A stretch of DNA of 13,190 nucleotides from Candidatus Hydrogenedentota bacterium (GCA_045863335.1 BTVY01000085.1:1-13190), one strand, 5' to 3'. Positions 1 to 8,622 are shown, numbered from the stretch's first letter. Notes: generated from the sequence alone by a model not told the origin. Program-made: numbers and translations.

Positions 1-51
1 TGTTACCTATGTCTCCGGTTTATTCTGTTACCCATGTCGCCGGTCAGTACC
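1..51. mobile_element. Terminal region of an IS481-family-like insertion sequence; the element body lies left of the window
   Basis: Two 19-bp direct repeats, TGTTACCTATGTCTCCGGT (1-19) and TGTTACCCATGTCGCCGGT (26-44), are 17/19 identical and are followed by CAGTACC. Tandem TGTTACCyATGT transposase-binding sites are typical of IS481-type ends. No transposase is visible in the window. Confidence 0.7.
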
Positions 52-92
52 GGGGATGTTCGTTGGCTTATCTTTGATCATTAAGGTCACAT

Positions 93-2084
93 CTACACCG
101 TGCGCGAGAGGACGATGAGCTGGTAGGGCTCCAGGACGAGTTCCTTGGCGGCGATGACGGTGCGGCCGGAAATGAGGTCGACCATGGTTTTCCGCATGCC
201 CAATTGCCGGAGCCGCCAGGCCTCAACCGTCTGCGGCTTCTCGCTGAAATTGGCGAGGACCAGTGCGCTGTGGTTGTTGTGGGTGCGGAAATAAGCAAAC
301 ACGTGATCGTTGCCGGTTTCCACAAACTCCGTTTCGGCCCGCGAGAACGCGAGGTTTTGCTGGCGCAACTGGACGAGCCGCGCAATGCCGCTGTAAATCC
401 GCCCTTCCACGCTTTCCGGCTCGCGCCGTTTCTCGGCGCGCTCCCAGTCGAATTGGGAACGATGCAGCCATCGGCTGTCGCCAATCTTGTCCAGGGACCG
501 CTCGTAGTCGTAGTCATTGAGCGTGCCCAACTCGTCGCCGAGATAAATCAAGGGAATGCCGCCGATGGTCATGATGATCCCGTGCAACAGCAGGATTCGG
601 GCAATCGCGAGATCGACGAGCGACCCGTCTTTCTCTTCGATGGCTTGCTCCAGCCCGGCGAGCGAGGCACACATTCCGGACACACGGGCATCTCCCGTCT
701 TAGGGTCCTCTTGAAAGGGGGCGCCGCGCGCGAAGGAACCTTTGTAGTTCCCCGTGTAAAACTTCGTCAGGAAGAGCCGATGTTCGACTGGACTGAAATC
801 AAACTTCTCGACCTCGTCATCCGCAAAGCCCCAGCCGATGTCGTCATGACAGCGCACATAGTTGATCCACGAGCAGCCCTCGGGGATCGCAAAGCGCTGG
901 CGCATGGCATGACGAAGCACACGGATATCTCTTGTTGCCAGGGCTTCCCAGAGCAAGGCCATTAGCTGCGGATTGTAAGACAACTCGCACTCGTCTTCCC
1001 GGATGTACTTGCGCACTTCGTCGGGATGGACGATGGCCTCCGACTTGAACACCATCGCCGGCGCGACGATGCTCGTGACGGCATTGAAGGCCTGCACGAT
1101 CGTGTGGGCCTGCGGCAGGTTCTGACAACCCGTGCCGAGTTGCTTCCAAATGAAGGCGATGGCGTCAAGGCGCAACACTTCCACACCGCGGTTCGCGAGA
1201 AAGAGCATCTCTTCCAACATGCGGTTGAATACGACCGGGTTTGCATAGTTCAGGTCCCACTGGAAGTTGTAGAAAGAGGTCCACACCCATTTCCGGATCG
1301 CGTTGCGGTAGGTGAAGCAACCCGGCAATTCGTCCGGGAACACGGCGGCGATGCTGCGTTCGTACGCGTCGGGCATTCGCCGATCCGGAAACATGCGGTA
1401 GTACTCCTGATACTCGGGATCGCCCGACAGGGCGCGCAAGGCCCATTCGTGTTCGTCGGACGTGTGGTTGAACACGAAGTCCAGCACGAGCGAAATCCCG
1501 CGATGACGCAGTTCGGTCGCGAGAAGCTCGAGATCTTCCATGGTCCCCACTTCGGCGTCCACTTCCCGGTAGCTGCTCACGGCGTATCCGCCGTCGTTGT
1601 CGCCTTCGGGTGATTTGAAGATGGGCATCAAGTGCAGATACGTGATGCCCAATTCAGAGAGATAGGGGATCTTCTCGGTAAGCCCCTTCAGATCGCCGGC
1701 GAAGAGATCGACGTAACTCATGGCCCCCACCATCCGGTGCGACTGGTACCAGTAGGGATCGGTCTCGCGCAGCGCGTCGAGGGCCTTCAGCTCCGCGGGC
1801 CGGTCGAACCACATCTGCGTGGCGGACGTGAGGATGTTCTCCATGTGATAGAAGAAGTCATACTCGGCGCCGTATAGACTGTGCAGCGCGCGGAAGAGCT
1901 GATCGAAATACTTTCGCAGCCGTTCGACGAAACCAAGCCACTCGTCTTCATCCACGTGCGCGGCAAACTTCGCCTCGAGTCGCGGCAACAACCGGCGCAG
2001 GGTCACCGCACTTTTCTTATTCAGGAGTTCGCGATCCCGGATCGCGGCCTCGCTCGTTTTGTCGTCCAACATCGTGTTTTCCAT
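93..2084 (-). CDS. ams: Amylosucrase / sucrose hydrolase, GH13 subfamily 4
   Basis: 663-aa ORF with GH13 motifs DFVFNHTS, LRLDAIAF (nucleophile Asp), FKSEAIV (acid/base Glu) and YVRCHDDIGW. Amylosucrase-type segments include YVDLFAG, DGGYAVS, QWDLNY and RVSGMCASLAG. An alternative start lies at 2072. Confidence 0.9.
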   Translation of the reverse strand: MENTMLDDKTSEAAIRDRELLNKKSAVTLRRLLPRLEAKFAAHVDEDEWLGFVERLRKYFDQLFRALHSLYGAEYDFFYHMENILTSATQMWFDRPAELKALDALRETDPYWYQSHRMVGAMSYVDLFAGDLKGLTEKIPYLSELGITYLHLMPIFKSPEGDNDGGYAVSSYREVDAEVGTMEDLELLATELRHRGISLVLDFVFNHTSDEHEWALRALSGDPEYQEYYRMFPDRRMPDAYERSIAAVFPDELPGCFTYRNAIRKWVWTSFYNFQWDLNYANPVVFNRMLEEMLFLANRGVEVLRLDAIAFIWKQLGTGCQNLPQAHTIVQAFNAVTSIVAPAMVFKSEAIVHPDEVRKYIREDECELSYNPQLMALLWEALATRDIRVLRHAMRQRFAIPEGCSWINYVRCHDDIGWGFADDEVEKFDFSPVEHRLFLTKFYTGNYKGSFARGAPFQEDPKTGDARVSGMCASLAGLEQAIEEKDGSLVDLAIARILLLHGIIMTIGGIPLIYLGDELGTLNDYDYERSLDKIGDSRWLHRSQFDWERAEKRREPESVEGRIYSGIARLVQLRQQNLAFSRAETEFVETGNDHVFAYFRTHNNHSALVLANFSEKPQTVEAWRLRQLGMRKTMVDLISGRTVIAAKELVLEPYQLIVLSRTV

Positions 2085-2287
2085 CTTGGGGTCACTGCAG
2101 CAGCGTAAGCACTTCTAGTTTAACTACCCGGAATTGGGCCTTGTTATCAACCCTAACCCGTGCTACGGCGGAAATATGCCGCAACGTAAGACTGCTCTTG
2201 TAACCAGGCTGAATACGCGCGCGACGACGAATTTGATAAGCTTGTGAATGCGAATTCCGAACCCACACCGACGGGAGGTTCCGTATC

Positions 2288-2443
2288 ATGAACAATATCG
2301 AACTGCGCGATTTCTTTGCCGCCGCGGCCATGGCCGGGCTATTGGCCCATGGCGCGCCAAAACTCGCCAACGCGGACCAGTGGCTGTCGGAGTCAGCTTA
2401 CAGATACGCTGACGCGCTACTTGAGACGCGCAAAGAGAAATAG
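2288..2443 (+). CDS. 51-aa protein of the phage-associated LRDxFAxxAM...AYxxADA family (absent from the ORF track)
   Basis: GGGAGG RBS at 2273-2278, ATG at 2288, TAG at 2441-2443. Translation: MNNIELRDFFAAAAMAGLLAHGAPKLANADQWLSESAYRYADALLETRKEK. It ends 3 bp from the convergent stop at 2447. Confidence 0.85.
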   Translation: MNNIELRDFFAAAAMAGLLAHGAPKLANADQWLSESAYRYADALLETRKEK

Positions 2444-2446
2444 CGG

Positions 2447-3709
2447 TTACTTCTCCAAGAGCATGACGTACGACGTGCCCGGCTGGGTACGGTCGCCTTT
2501 TCCGGTGGCGAGCACGAGTTCGTTCCGGCCGTCGTTGTCGGCGTCGCCCACGGCGAGCCAGGATGATTCGGCATAGTCGGCGTTCAAATCCGCGAGGAGT
2601 TCGCGCTCGACCTCGCCGCCGTCACCGAGGGCATAGCAGTACACGCGGCCAAGGTGCTGACTGGTGATGGATTCAGACAGATTGTCTCCCCGAGTGGAAA
2701 CGACGAGATCGTTTCGCCCATCGTTGTCCACATCGGCAATGGCCATCATCTTCTCGAAGTAGCCCATATCGAGGTCATCGGTGTCCCGCTCGAAGGTATA
2801 GGCTACCGCGGCCTCTTCCCTCACGCGATACCCAAGCAAGGTGGTTTTGTTGATGACCTGATCCTGCTTCCACCCCACGACCATCTCGTTCGCACCGTCG
2901 TTGTCCACGTCGCCGATCACGATCGAAGCGTAAAAGCAGGGCGTGTCGTCGAATCCCGCCACCATGATTCGCGGCGGCATCACGAGTTCGCCCGCTTCAT
3001 CGAACTCGAATATCTCCACGCGCGCCTCGCCCGGGCGAAAGCTGTTGGACGTGATGTATTCGACTGCACCGTCATTGTCCACGTCGGCGATCAGGGATTC
3101 CTCGCCCGAACCGGACAGAGTATGCAGAAGCCGCGCGTCAACGGCGCTGAGTGTGCGGTCGAGATCGTACCGCACGATCTCGCCGCCGCCGCAGTAAGCG
3201 GAAATCACTTCATCGATGCCGTCTCCGTCGAGGTCGTGGATCGCCAGGTTGTGGGTAAAGGCGCTCTGGTTGCAATCCGGCCGCGACACTGCGAGGGGCT
3301 TTGCTTTCTCGCCGTCGGTGCGGAACACGTAGAAGAATGCGGTCCCCCCGCCCTCCTGGCCGGTGCCCAAGAGCACCTCGTTCGCACCGTCGCGGTTCAG
3401 GTCCGCCACACGAACGGCCAATCCCATGCCCGGTCTGTGTTCCGCGAGATTCTCCGCCAGCATGCGCGTATCCCAGCCTGCGCCGTTATGCTTGAACAAA
3501 TACAAGCGGCTATCCGGACATCCCGTCGTCAGGATTTCGTTTCTGCCATCATTGTCGGCGTCGCCAATCTCGACATCCCACCCCGCGTAGCTCTGATCCA
3601 CCTCGGCGACGACGGTCGCCCGCCATCCTGGCGCAACCGTGACGAGATCGCTTGATTCTACGTTCGTTGCAGCGCCGAAAAGCACAATGATGGTGACGAA
3701 TGCACTCAC
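2447..3709 (-). CDS. Secreted FG-GAP/VCBS-repeat protein, probable 7-bladed Ca-binding beta-propeller
   Basis: Seven DxD/NxDGxxE/D motifs: GDADNDGRNEIL, ADLNRDGANEVL, HDLDGDGIDEVI, ADVDNDGAVEYI, GDVDNDGANEMV, ADVDNDGRNDLV and GDADNDGRNELV. The start is re-called to GTG 3709 because GGAGG lies at 3721-3717 and a hydrophobic signal-like N-terminus follows. Confidence 0.85.
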   Translation of the reverse strand: MSAFVTIIVLFGAATNVESSDLVTVAPGWRATVVAEVDQSYAGWDVEIGDADNDGRNEILTTGCPDSRLYLFKHNGAGWDTRMLAENLAEHRPGMGLAVRVADLNRDGANEVLLGTGQEGGGTAFFYVFRTDGEKAKPLAVSRPDCNQSAFTHNLAIHDLDGDGIDEVISAYCGGGEIVRYDLDRTLSAVDARLLHTLSGSGEESLIADVDNDGAVEYITSNSFRPGEARVEIFEFDEAGELVMPPRIMVAGFDDTPCFYASIVIGDVDNDGANEMVVGWKQDQVINKTTLLGYRVREEAAVAYTFERDTDDLDMGYFEKMMAIADVDNDGRNDLVVSTRGDNLSESITSQHLGRVYCYALGDGGEVERELLADLNADYAESSWLAVGDADNDGRNELVLATGKGDRTQPGTSYVMLLEK

Positions 3710-3804
3710 GGTATGTCCTCCCCCCTTCTTGTTGCGCACGGACAGTATGAACGTTGCTCCTCCACGTTCACAACCGCGCTCGCCATCGATCTTCAACGCG
3801 CAGC

Positions 3805-3820
3805 GGCCGCACTCCATAGG
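3805..3820. repeat. Single arm of the GGAGTGCGG-type REP-like repeat
   Basis: GGCCGCACTCCATAGG. Its reverse complement matches 8786-8799 (CCTATGGAGTGCGG) at 14/14, and GGCCGCACTCCA recurs at 9021-9032. Confidence 0.7.
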
Positions 3821-3892
3821 TTGCCCGCACGAAATTGTATACTTTGCCGCGATGACGCGTACTATGAGTGAACAGACTTGGGGGAACAGACG

Positions 3893-4951
3893 ATGATACC
3901 GACGATGTCACTGATCGCCGCGGCACTTGCCTGCGTCGTAACCCAACCCGCCGAGACTAACGAGAACCCTGACGAGCGCATCAAGGCGTTCTGCATTGAC
4001 TTCAATTGGGGCACCGAGGGATTCGCGCCACCGGGCATGTATGCGCAGGCATCTGCGCAGGAGCATTTCGAATGGTACCGGGACATGGGGGTCAACACGA
4101 TCCAGACCTTTTGCGTGAGTTGCCCGGGCTACGCGTGGTACCAGAGCAAAGTCGCCCCCGTGCAACCGGGCATGCAAGGCGATTTCCTTACGGAGCTGAC
4201 GCGGCTGGGTCACGAGGCCGGCATGAAGGTGATGGGATACTTCTGCGTGGGGGCCAACACGCATTGGAGCCAAACGCACCCGGAATTGAGCCACCCGTTT
4301 CCGAACGCCATCGCGATCCCCTTCACGACGGAGTACCTCGATTATCTGTGCCGGGAAATGGAAGAAGTGCTCACGGTTACCGGCATCGACGGGTTCATGA
4401 TCGACTGGGTCTACAATGCGAGCCACCTTTACCCGGACCGCGAGTACACGTGGCTGGAATGCGAGAAGCAGATGTATCAGGAGCTTTTCGGCGAGCCGTT
4501 TCCAGGCGAGGGAGAAATGGATGAGGCGCGCACACTCGAGTTCAACCAACGGGCGCTTGCTCGTTGCTGGGAACGCATCCACGCCACTGCGAAGACGGCC
4601 AAGCCGGACTGCATCATCTGGCTAACCTGTTTCGACCTGCAACATCCGCAGTTGGAAGGATCGCGGATGCTGCGCGAAGTCGATTGGCTGATGAACGAGC
4701 ATTTCGATACGCAGAAACTGCTCGACATTCGCAAGACCGTCGGACCCGGACCTCGCCTTATCCAATGCGTCTGCGGCTGGGGCGACCAACACAACGCCGC
4801 TGCCGTGCTCGCCGACCCGAACCTGAAGGACATTGGCGTCTACGGCTTTGCCCGGCCCGACCCCGAGACGACGCTCCCTCCTGAGGACGATTCCGGCAAC
4901 GCGCGTAACATTGCAGCCATGCGCGAAGCCTTTCGCGAGAGCACGGAATGA
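3893..4951 (+). CDS. Secreted glycoside hydrolase, GH29 (alpha-L-fucosidase)/GHL6-like TIM barrel
   Basis: Signal peptide MIPTMSLIAAALACVVT. The GYAWYQSKVAP..GDFLTELTRLGHEAGMKVMGYF segment and the IDGFMID strand with a putative nucleophile Asp resemble GH29-like barrels. ATG 3893 is preferred over TTG 3878. Substrate unknown. Confidence 0.65.
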   Translation: MIPTMSLIAAALACVVTQPAETNENPDERIKAFCIDFNWGTEGFAPPGMYAQASAQEHFEWYRDMGVNTIQTFCVSCPGYAWYQSKVAPVQPGMQGDFLTELTRLGHEAGMKVMGYFCVGANTHWSQTHPELSHPFPNAIAIPFTTEYLDYLCREMEEVLTVTGIDGFMIDWVYNASHLYPDREYTWLECEKQMYQELFGEPFPGEGEMDEARTLEFNQRALARCWERIHATAKTAKPDCIIWLTCFDLQHPQLEGSRMLREVDWLMNEHFDTQKLLDIRKTVGPGPRLIQCVCGWGDQHNAAAVLADPNLKDIGVYGFARPDPETTLPPEDDSGNARNIAAMREAFRESTE

Positions 4952-4987
4952 CGTTTCGACGATACAACGCAGAGAAAGCGTTGAAGC

Positions 4988-5147
4988 AACATCTCCCTTG
5001 GTCCCCCTTCAAAGGGTGAATTGTGGTTAACTCCGTCTATTGCTCTTTGCGCCGAGCCACGTTTGGAGGCTGGTCTTCGTTCGTGTTAAACGCAACGCGA
5101 CGCGTTGCGAGCCATTCCCCCTTTGAAGGGGGATCAAGGGGGATGTT
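4988..5147. repeat. REP doublet (REPIN/MITE-like) with 34-bp terminal inverted repeats
   Basis: AACATCTCCCTTGGTCCCCCTTCAAAGGGTGAAT (4988-5021) matches the reverse complement of 5114-5147 at 31/34. Each arm has its own hairpin (CCCCCTTTGAAGGGGG in the right arm). Confidence 0.85.
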
Positions 5148-5330
5148 CTTCTGGTAGGGTATGACGCTGGTTTCGTTCCGTCACCGTGACGTGTTCCCCG
5201 GGTCGTAGTGTGGTCTGACTCCGTTTATTCCTTGCCTCGGCGGCGGCGCTGTGGTTGAATAGGGGGACTTGTTGAACCGGGAACCGCCGTTTCGGCGGAA
5301 GACACCCTCACCTCGAGAGGAACCGCGACT

Positions 5331-6707
5331 ATGAAGACTCCGGGCAGACACGCACTCGATAGCACAATGAAACCTTCTACATTCGGGCGACGGGAATTTC
5401 TCAGGGCCGGCGCGGCCGGGGCAGGTTTGCTCATTCTGCCGAGCGGGACCTTCGCGAGCGCCCAGGCGCCGAGCAACAAGCTGAACATCGCGTTGATCGG
5501 GGCCGACGGCCGGGGCCGGGCTCATTACGACGTGCTGTCCAAGGAAAACGTGGTGGCCCTGTGCGACGTGGACGAGGAACACCTCGACTTTGCGTGCAAC
5601 GTGTTCCCCGATGCGAAGCGGTACATCGACTGGCGGGAATGCTTGGATCATCCGGACCTCGACGCCATCGTCTGTTGCACGACGGACCAGACCCACGCCT
5701 TCGTGTCGGTATGGGCCATGAACCGCGGGCTTCACGTCTATTGCGAAAAGCCCGTCGCCATCAGCGTGGAGGAATGCCGGCTGGTGCGCGAGACCTACCT
5801 GAAGAACAAGGACAAGATCGCGACCCAACAGGGCACGCAGCGCCACATGTTGGAGAATTTCAATCGCGTGCGCGAACTGATCGTGGACGGCGCCATCGGC
5901 GAGTTGCAGGAAGTCAGCGCCTGGGGCACGCGCCAAATCCCGAAGCCGGGGTACCTGCCCGCCGCGGGCGATCCGCCGAAGAACCTTCACTACGACCTGT
6001 GGATCGGGCCCACGCAGTTTCACCCGTACAACCCCGAGTACTTCTCGGGCACGCCGGGCATGAACTGCCTGCAGTGGAACATGTATTGGGACTTCGGCGT
6101 GGGCCAGATCGGCGACATGGGAAGCCACACGATGGACCTCGCCTGGAACGCCATTGACGCGAAGATCCCCACGTCGGCGACGGGCGTGGGCGAACCGTTC
6201 AACCCCGAAGTCACTCCGGTGCGGATGACCTCCAGCTTCGAGCACCCGGCCAACGATTGGCGGCCCGCCATCAAGGTCAACTGGTACCAGGGCGGCGACA
6301 TGCCGGAGTCGCCCGCGAAGTACATCAACTTGAACGACGTGGGCCACGGCGTCATGTTCCACGGCTCGAACGGGTATCTCATCGCCGGATTCGAGACGCG
6401 GGTCATCCTTCCCCTCGCGGACAAGGACAACATGACCTACTACAAGCCGCGCCCGGAGAAGAAGCTCATCCCGCCCCTGGGCCATTTCCAGCAGGAATGG
6501 ATCGATGCGTGCAAGGGCGATCTGAAGACGACCTGCGACTTCGAGTACAGCGGCAACATGATCGAGCAATTGCTGCTCGGCCTCGTCGCGTACCGCCACG
6601 GAGAGCGCATCGAATACGACGGCGCCACGGGCCGCATCACCAACAACGAAGCTGCCAACGAACTCCTTCGCCGCACCTACCGCGACGGCTGGGTCTTGAA
6701 CGGGTAG
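5331..6707 (+). CDS. Gfo/Idh/MocA family NAD(P)-dependent oxidoreductase with Tat signal
   Basis: Twin-arginine signal GRREFLRAGAAGAG, Rossmann motif LNIALIGADGRG, HVYCEKP and GQIGDMGSHTMD. GAGAGG lies upstream of ATG 5331; an alternative start is at 5367. Confidence 0.93.
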   Translation: MKTPGRHALDSTMKPSTFGRREFLRAGAAGAGLLILPSGTFASAQAPSNKLNIALIGADGRGRAHYDVLSKENVVALCDVDEEHLDFACNVFPDAKRYIDWRECLDHPDLDAIVCCTTDQTHAFVSVWAMNRGLHVYCEKPVAISVEECRLVRETYLKNKDKIATQQGTQRHMLENFNRVRELIVDGAIGELQEVSAWGTRQIPKPGYLPAAGDPPKNLHYDLWIGPTQFHPYNPEYFSGTPGMNCLQWNMYWDFGVGQIGDMGSHTMDLAWNAIDAKIPTSATGVGEPFNPEVTPVRMTSSFEHPANDWRPAIKVNWYQGGDMPESPAKYINLNDVGHGVMFHGSNGYLIAGFETRVILPLADKDNMTYYKPRPEKKLIPPLGHFQQEWIDACKGDLKTTCDFEYSGNMIEQLLLGLVAYRHGERIEYDGATGRITNNEAANELLRRTYRDGWVLNG

Positions 6708-6792
6708 CAACTACGGGAACAACAGAAGGCGAATTACAAAAGCGCTGCGGGTTTCCGGGCGATACGTTGATTCGCAGACCACACGAGACATC

Positions 6793-6862
6793 GTGCTAAA
6801 AGGAGCATAGGCGTCTCGCCTGTGACGGGTACACGGGCGGGACGCCCATGCTCCTTTAGCGC
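6793..6862. repeat. Long REP-like palindrome between convergent genes; may act as a bidirectional terminator
   Basis: GCTAAAAGGAGCATAGGCGTCTCGCCTGTG (6795-6824), a 7-nt loop, then CACGGGCGGGACGCCCATGCTCCTTTAGC (6832-6860). The stem is about 29 bp with two G-U pairs, one mismatch and one bulge. Confidence 0.8.
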
Positions 6863-6964
6863 CAACACAATCCGAAGATCCTCAGAGGAAGACCTCGCCC
6901 GCCATGGAAGGCGGGCGCTACAGTTGCCGCACGCGCACTTTCGCCACGAGCCGGCAGCGATGAA

Positions 6965-7315
6965 CTACTGCCGCAGGATCTTCTCCATCGCTTTCCCCTT
7001 TGCCAGCTCGTCGATCAGCTTGTCGAGGTAGCGGATCTCCCGCATGGTGGGTTCTTCGATCTCTTCGATGCGGACTCCGCAAATGACGCCCTTGATCAAG
7101 GTCCGCGAGGGATTCATTTCGGGAGCCTTCGCAAAGAAGGTCTCAAAGTCGGTTCCTTTTTTCAGCTCCGCTTCCAGGGCTTTCTGACTGTATCCGGTTA
7201 GCCAGCGGATAATCTCGTCGACTTCTTCTTTCGTGCGTCCCTTCTTCTCCGCCTTCTTTACGTAATGGGGGTAGACGCTCGCGACGCTCGTGGTAAAGAT
7301 TCGGTGTTTTGTCAT
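6965..7315 (-). CDS. DUF2200 domain-containing protein
   Basis: 116 aa with the family signature [31 protein letters not shown]...[43 protein letters not shown]. Confidence 0.92.
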   Translation of the reverse strand: MTKHRIFTTSVASVYPHYVKKAEKKGRTKEEVDEIIRWLTGYSQKALEAELKKGTDFETFFAKAPEMNPSRTLIKGVICGVRIEEIEEPTMREIRYLDKLIDELAKGKAMEKILRQ

Positions 7316-7420
7316 GGTTTCATCCCAACAGTGATCGTACGAGGACGTGTCTTCAGGTAGGATCTTCCGCGATGATCCTCTGATGTGTTCGCGATGCCAG
7401 CCTTGCGTTCGATGTGAACC

Positions 7421-7450
7421 ATTGTACTAGCGCCAATCACGAACTTGCAA
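7421..7450 (-). promoter_or_regulatory. Putative sigma70 promoter for the DUF2200 gene
   Basis: On the minus strand: TTGCAA (7450-7445), an 18-nt spacer, then TACAAT (7426-7421), about 100 nt upstream of ATG 7315. Confidence 0.5.
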
Positions 7451-7503
7451 AAGAACCAGGTGCTGAACCGCATCGCGGTCACCGCCGAACACGAAGAATT
7501 GCC

Positions 7504-8622
7504 CTACGAGGCCGTGGCGAAGCTGGGCAGCCCTGGTTTCTGGTAGGGCTTCAGGGCCTCGAACCGGTATTCGATCTCGGCGATTTCTTCCTCGCTCAGT
7601 TTCAGTTCGGAAATGATGGGCGACTCGGGGATGGTTCTGCCGGGTCCGTAGTGCCGGGAGACCATGTTCCGGAACACGCCGCGCTTCTTCCAGAGGTACA
7701 ACTGGATGCCGCGCAGGGAATCTCCGGGATGCGTCGTGCTCAGGTTCGTCATCAGGAGGAACTTGCTGTACGCGTCCCTCATGGCGGCGGGGTCCGCTCC
7801 GCTCTTGTGGAGGTCCCAGATCCGGGTGAGGACGTCCGCGTAGATGGCGCGCTCCGTGATCAGGCCTTCCGCGCCGAGGTGCAACTCGTAGAGCCAGCCG
7901 AGTCCGCCCCGGGCGCCGAACACGCGACGGATCGGTGGCCGTGCCGCGAGCAGGGTGCGCATGCGGGAGATGACGGAGCCCGCCTCTTCTTTGACGTAGC
8001 CGAAGTTGGGGAAGTCCCTGGCCAGTTCGATCATCAGCTCCGGCGAAGGGCTGGGGCCCTTGTACGTGACGCCGCCGGTGGTCTGGAGAATCACGGGCCG
8101 CTTCGTGACGGCCGCGAGCGCGTGCCAGTACTGACGCATGTCGTCTTCGGTCGTGCCTGAATCCGGCGGACGCGAGATGATTGCCGCCGGCGCCAACTTC
8201 TCCGCGTGCTCCGCGTAGTCGAGCATCTCGGCGGTGTCCTTGCCCTGAACACCGAGGCAGAGCGCCGTGCGAAGGGTGGCCGCCGCGTGGGCCAATACTT
8301 CCATGCCCCGCCGCTTTTCCTCGGTGGTCAGCAGATCGACGCTGTCCCCCGACTGCGGCCAGATCATGCCCGGACAGCCGCACCAATCCACGTAACGCGC
8401 CTGGTTGGCCAGGGCGTCGAAGTCCACTTCGCCCGATTCGGTAAACGGCGTCGACAGGATCAAAAACGGCCCTTGGACCTTCGGATCTGCATCGCCCGAA
8501 GCGGCAAGCGGGTCCGCGCCCTGGCGGGGTTCCTGCGCACTCGCTCCGAGCGCGACCCCCGCCGCGCCGGCCACAGCCAGCCCGATCATCCGTCTCCTCG
8601 TCATGTGCTTCTCGTCGGTCAT
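7504..8622 (-). CDS. Dihydrodipicolinate synthase/NAL-family class I aldolase-like protein with Tat signal
   Basis: Motifs STPFTESGEVDFDAL, LLTTEEK and FPNFGYVKEE (Schiff-base Lys). The N-terminus TRRRMIGLAVAGAAGVALGASA is a twin-arginine signal. The start is re-called to ATG 8622, with RBS AAGGGG at 8636-8631. Confidence 0.85.
   Translation of the reverse strand: MTDEKHMTRRRMIGLAVAGAAGVALGASAQEPRQGADPLAASGDADPKVQGPFLILSTPFTESGEVDFDALANQARYVDWCGCPGMIWPQSGDSVDLLTTEEKRRGMEVLAHAAATLRTALCLGVQGKDTAEMLDYAEHAEKLAPAAIISRPPDSGTTEDDMRQYWHALAAVTKRPVILQTTGGVTYKGPSPSPELMIELARDFPNFGYVKEEAGSVISRMRTLLAARPPIRRVFGARGGLGWLYELHLGAEGLITERAIYADVLTRIWDLHKSGADPAAMRDAYSKFLLMTNLSTTHPGDSLRGIQLYLWKKRGVFRNMVSRHYGPGRTIPESPIISELKLSEEEIAEIEYRFEALKPYQKPGLPSFATAS

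Noticed and set aside
1-44. 19-bp direct repeats considered as the end of a CRISPR array
   Set aside because: The gap between copies is only 6 bp, no cas genes are present and the sequence fits IS481-type terminal repeats better.
2092-2370. 92-aa minus-strand ORF upstream of the amylosucrase gene
   Set aside because: It has no motif and overlaps the better-supported 51-aa plus-strand gene.
3710-3817. N-terminal extension of the FG-GAP ORF, and likewise 8623-8772 and 9653-9697 for the DHDPS-family and NYN ORFs
   Set aside because: The extensions run through REP-like or leader sequence. The downstream starts have good RBSs and place the signal peptide or first domain strand at the N-terminus.
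5331-6707. Tat export of an NAD(P)-dependent oxidoreductase as a novelty
   Set aside because: Tat-signal Gfo/Idh/MocA proteins are common, for example GFOR itself and many paralogues in PVC and Bacteroidota genomes.
5181-6710. 509-aa minus-strand ORF, plus similar long ORFs at 204-965, 1026-1613, 2654-3655, 3908-4582 and 7414-8160
   Set aside because: These are antisense shadows of well-supported genes in high-GC DNA, with no recognisable motifs.
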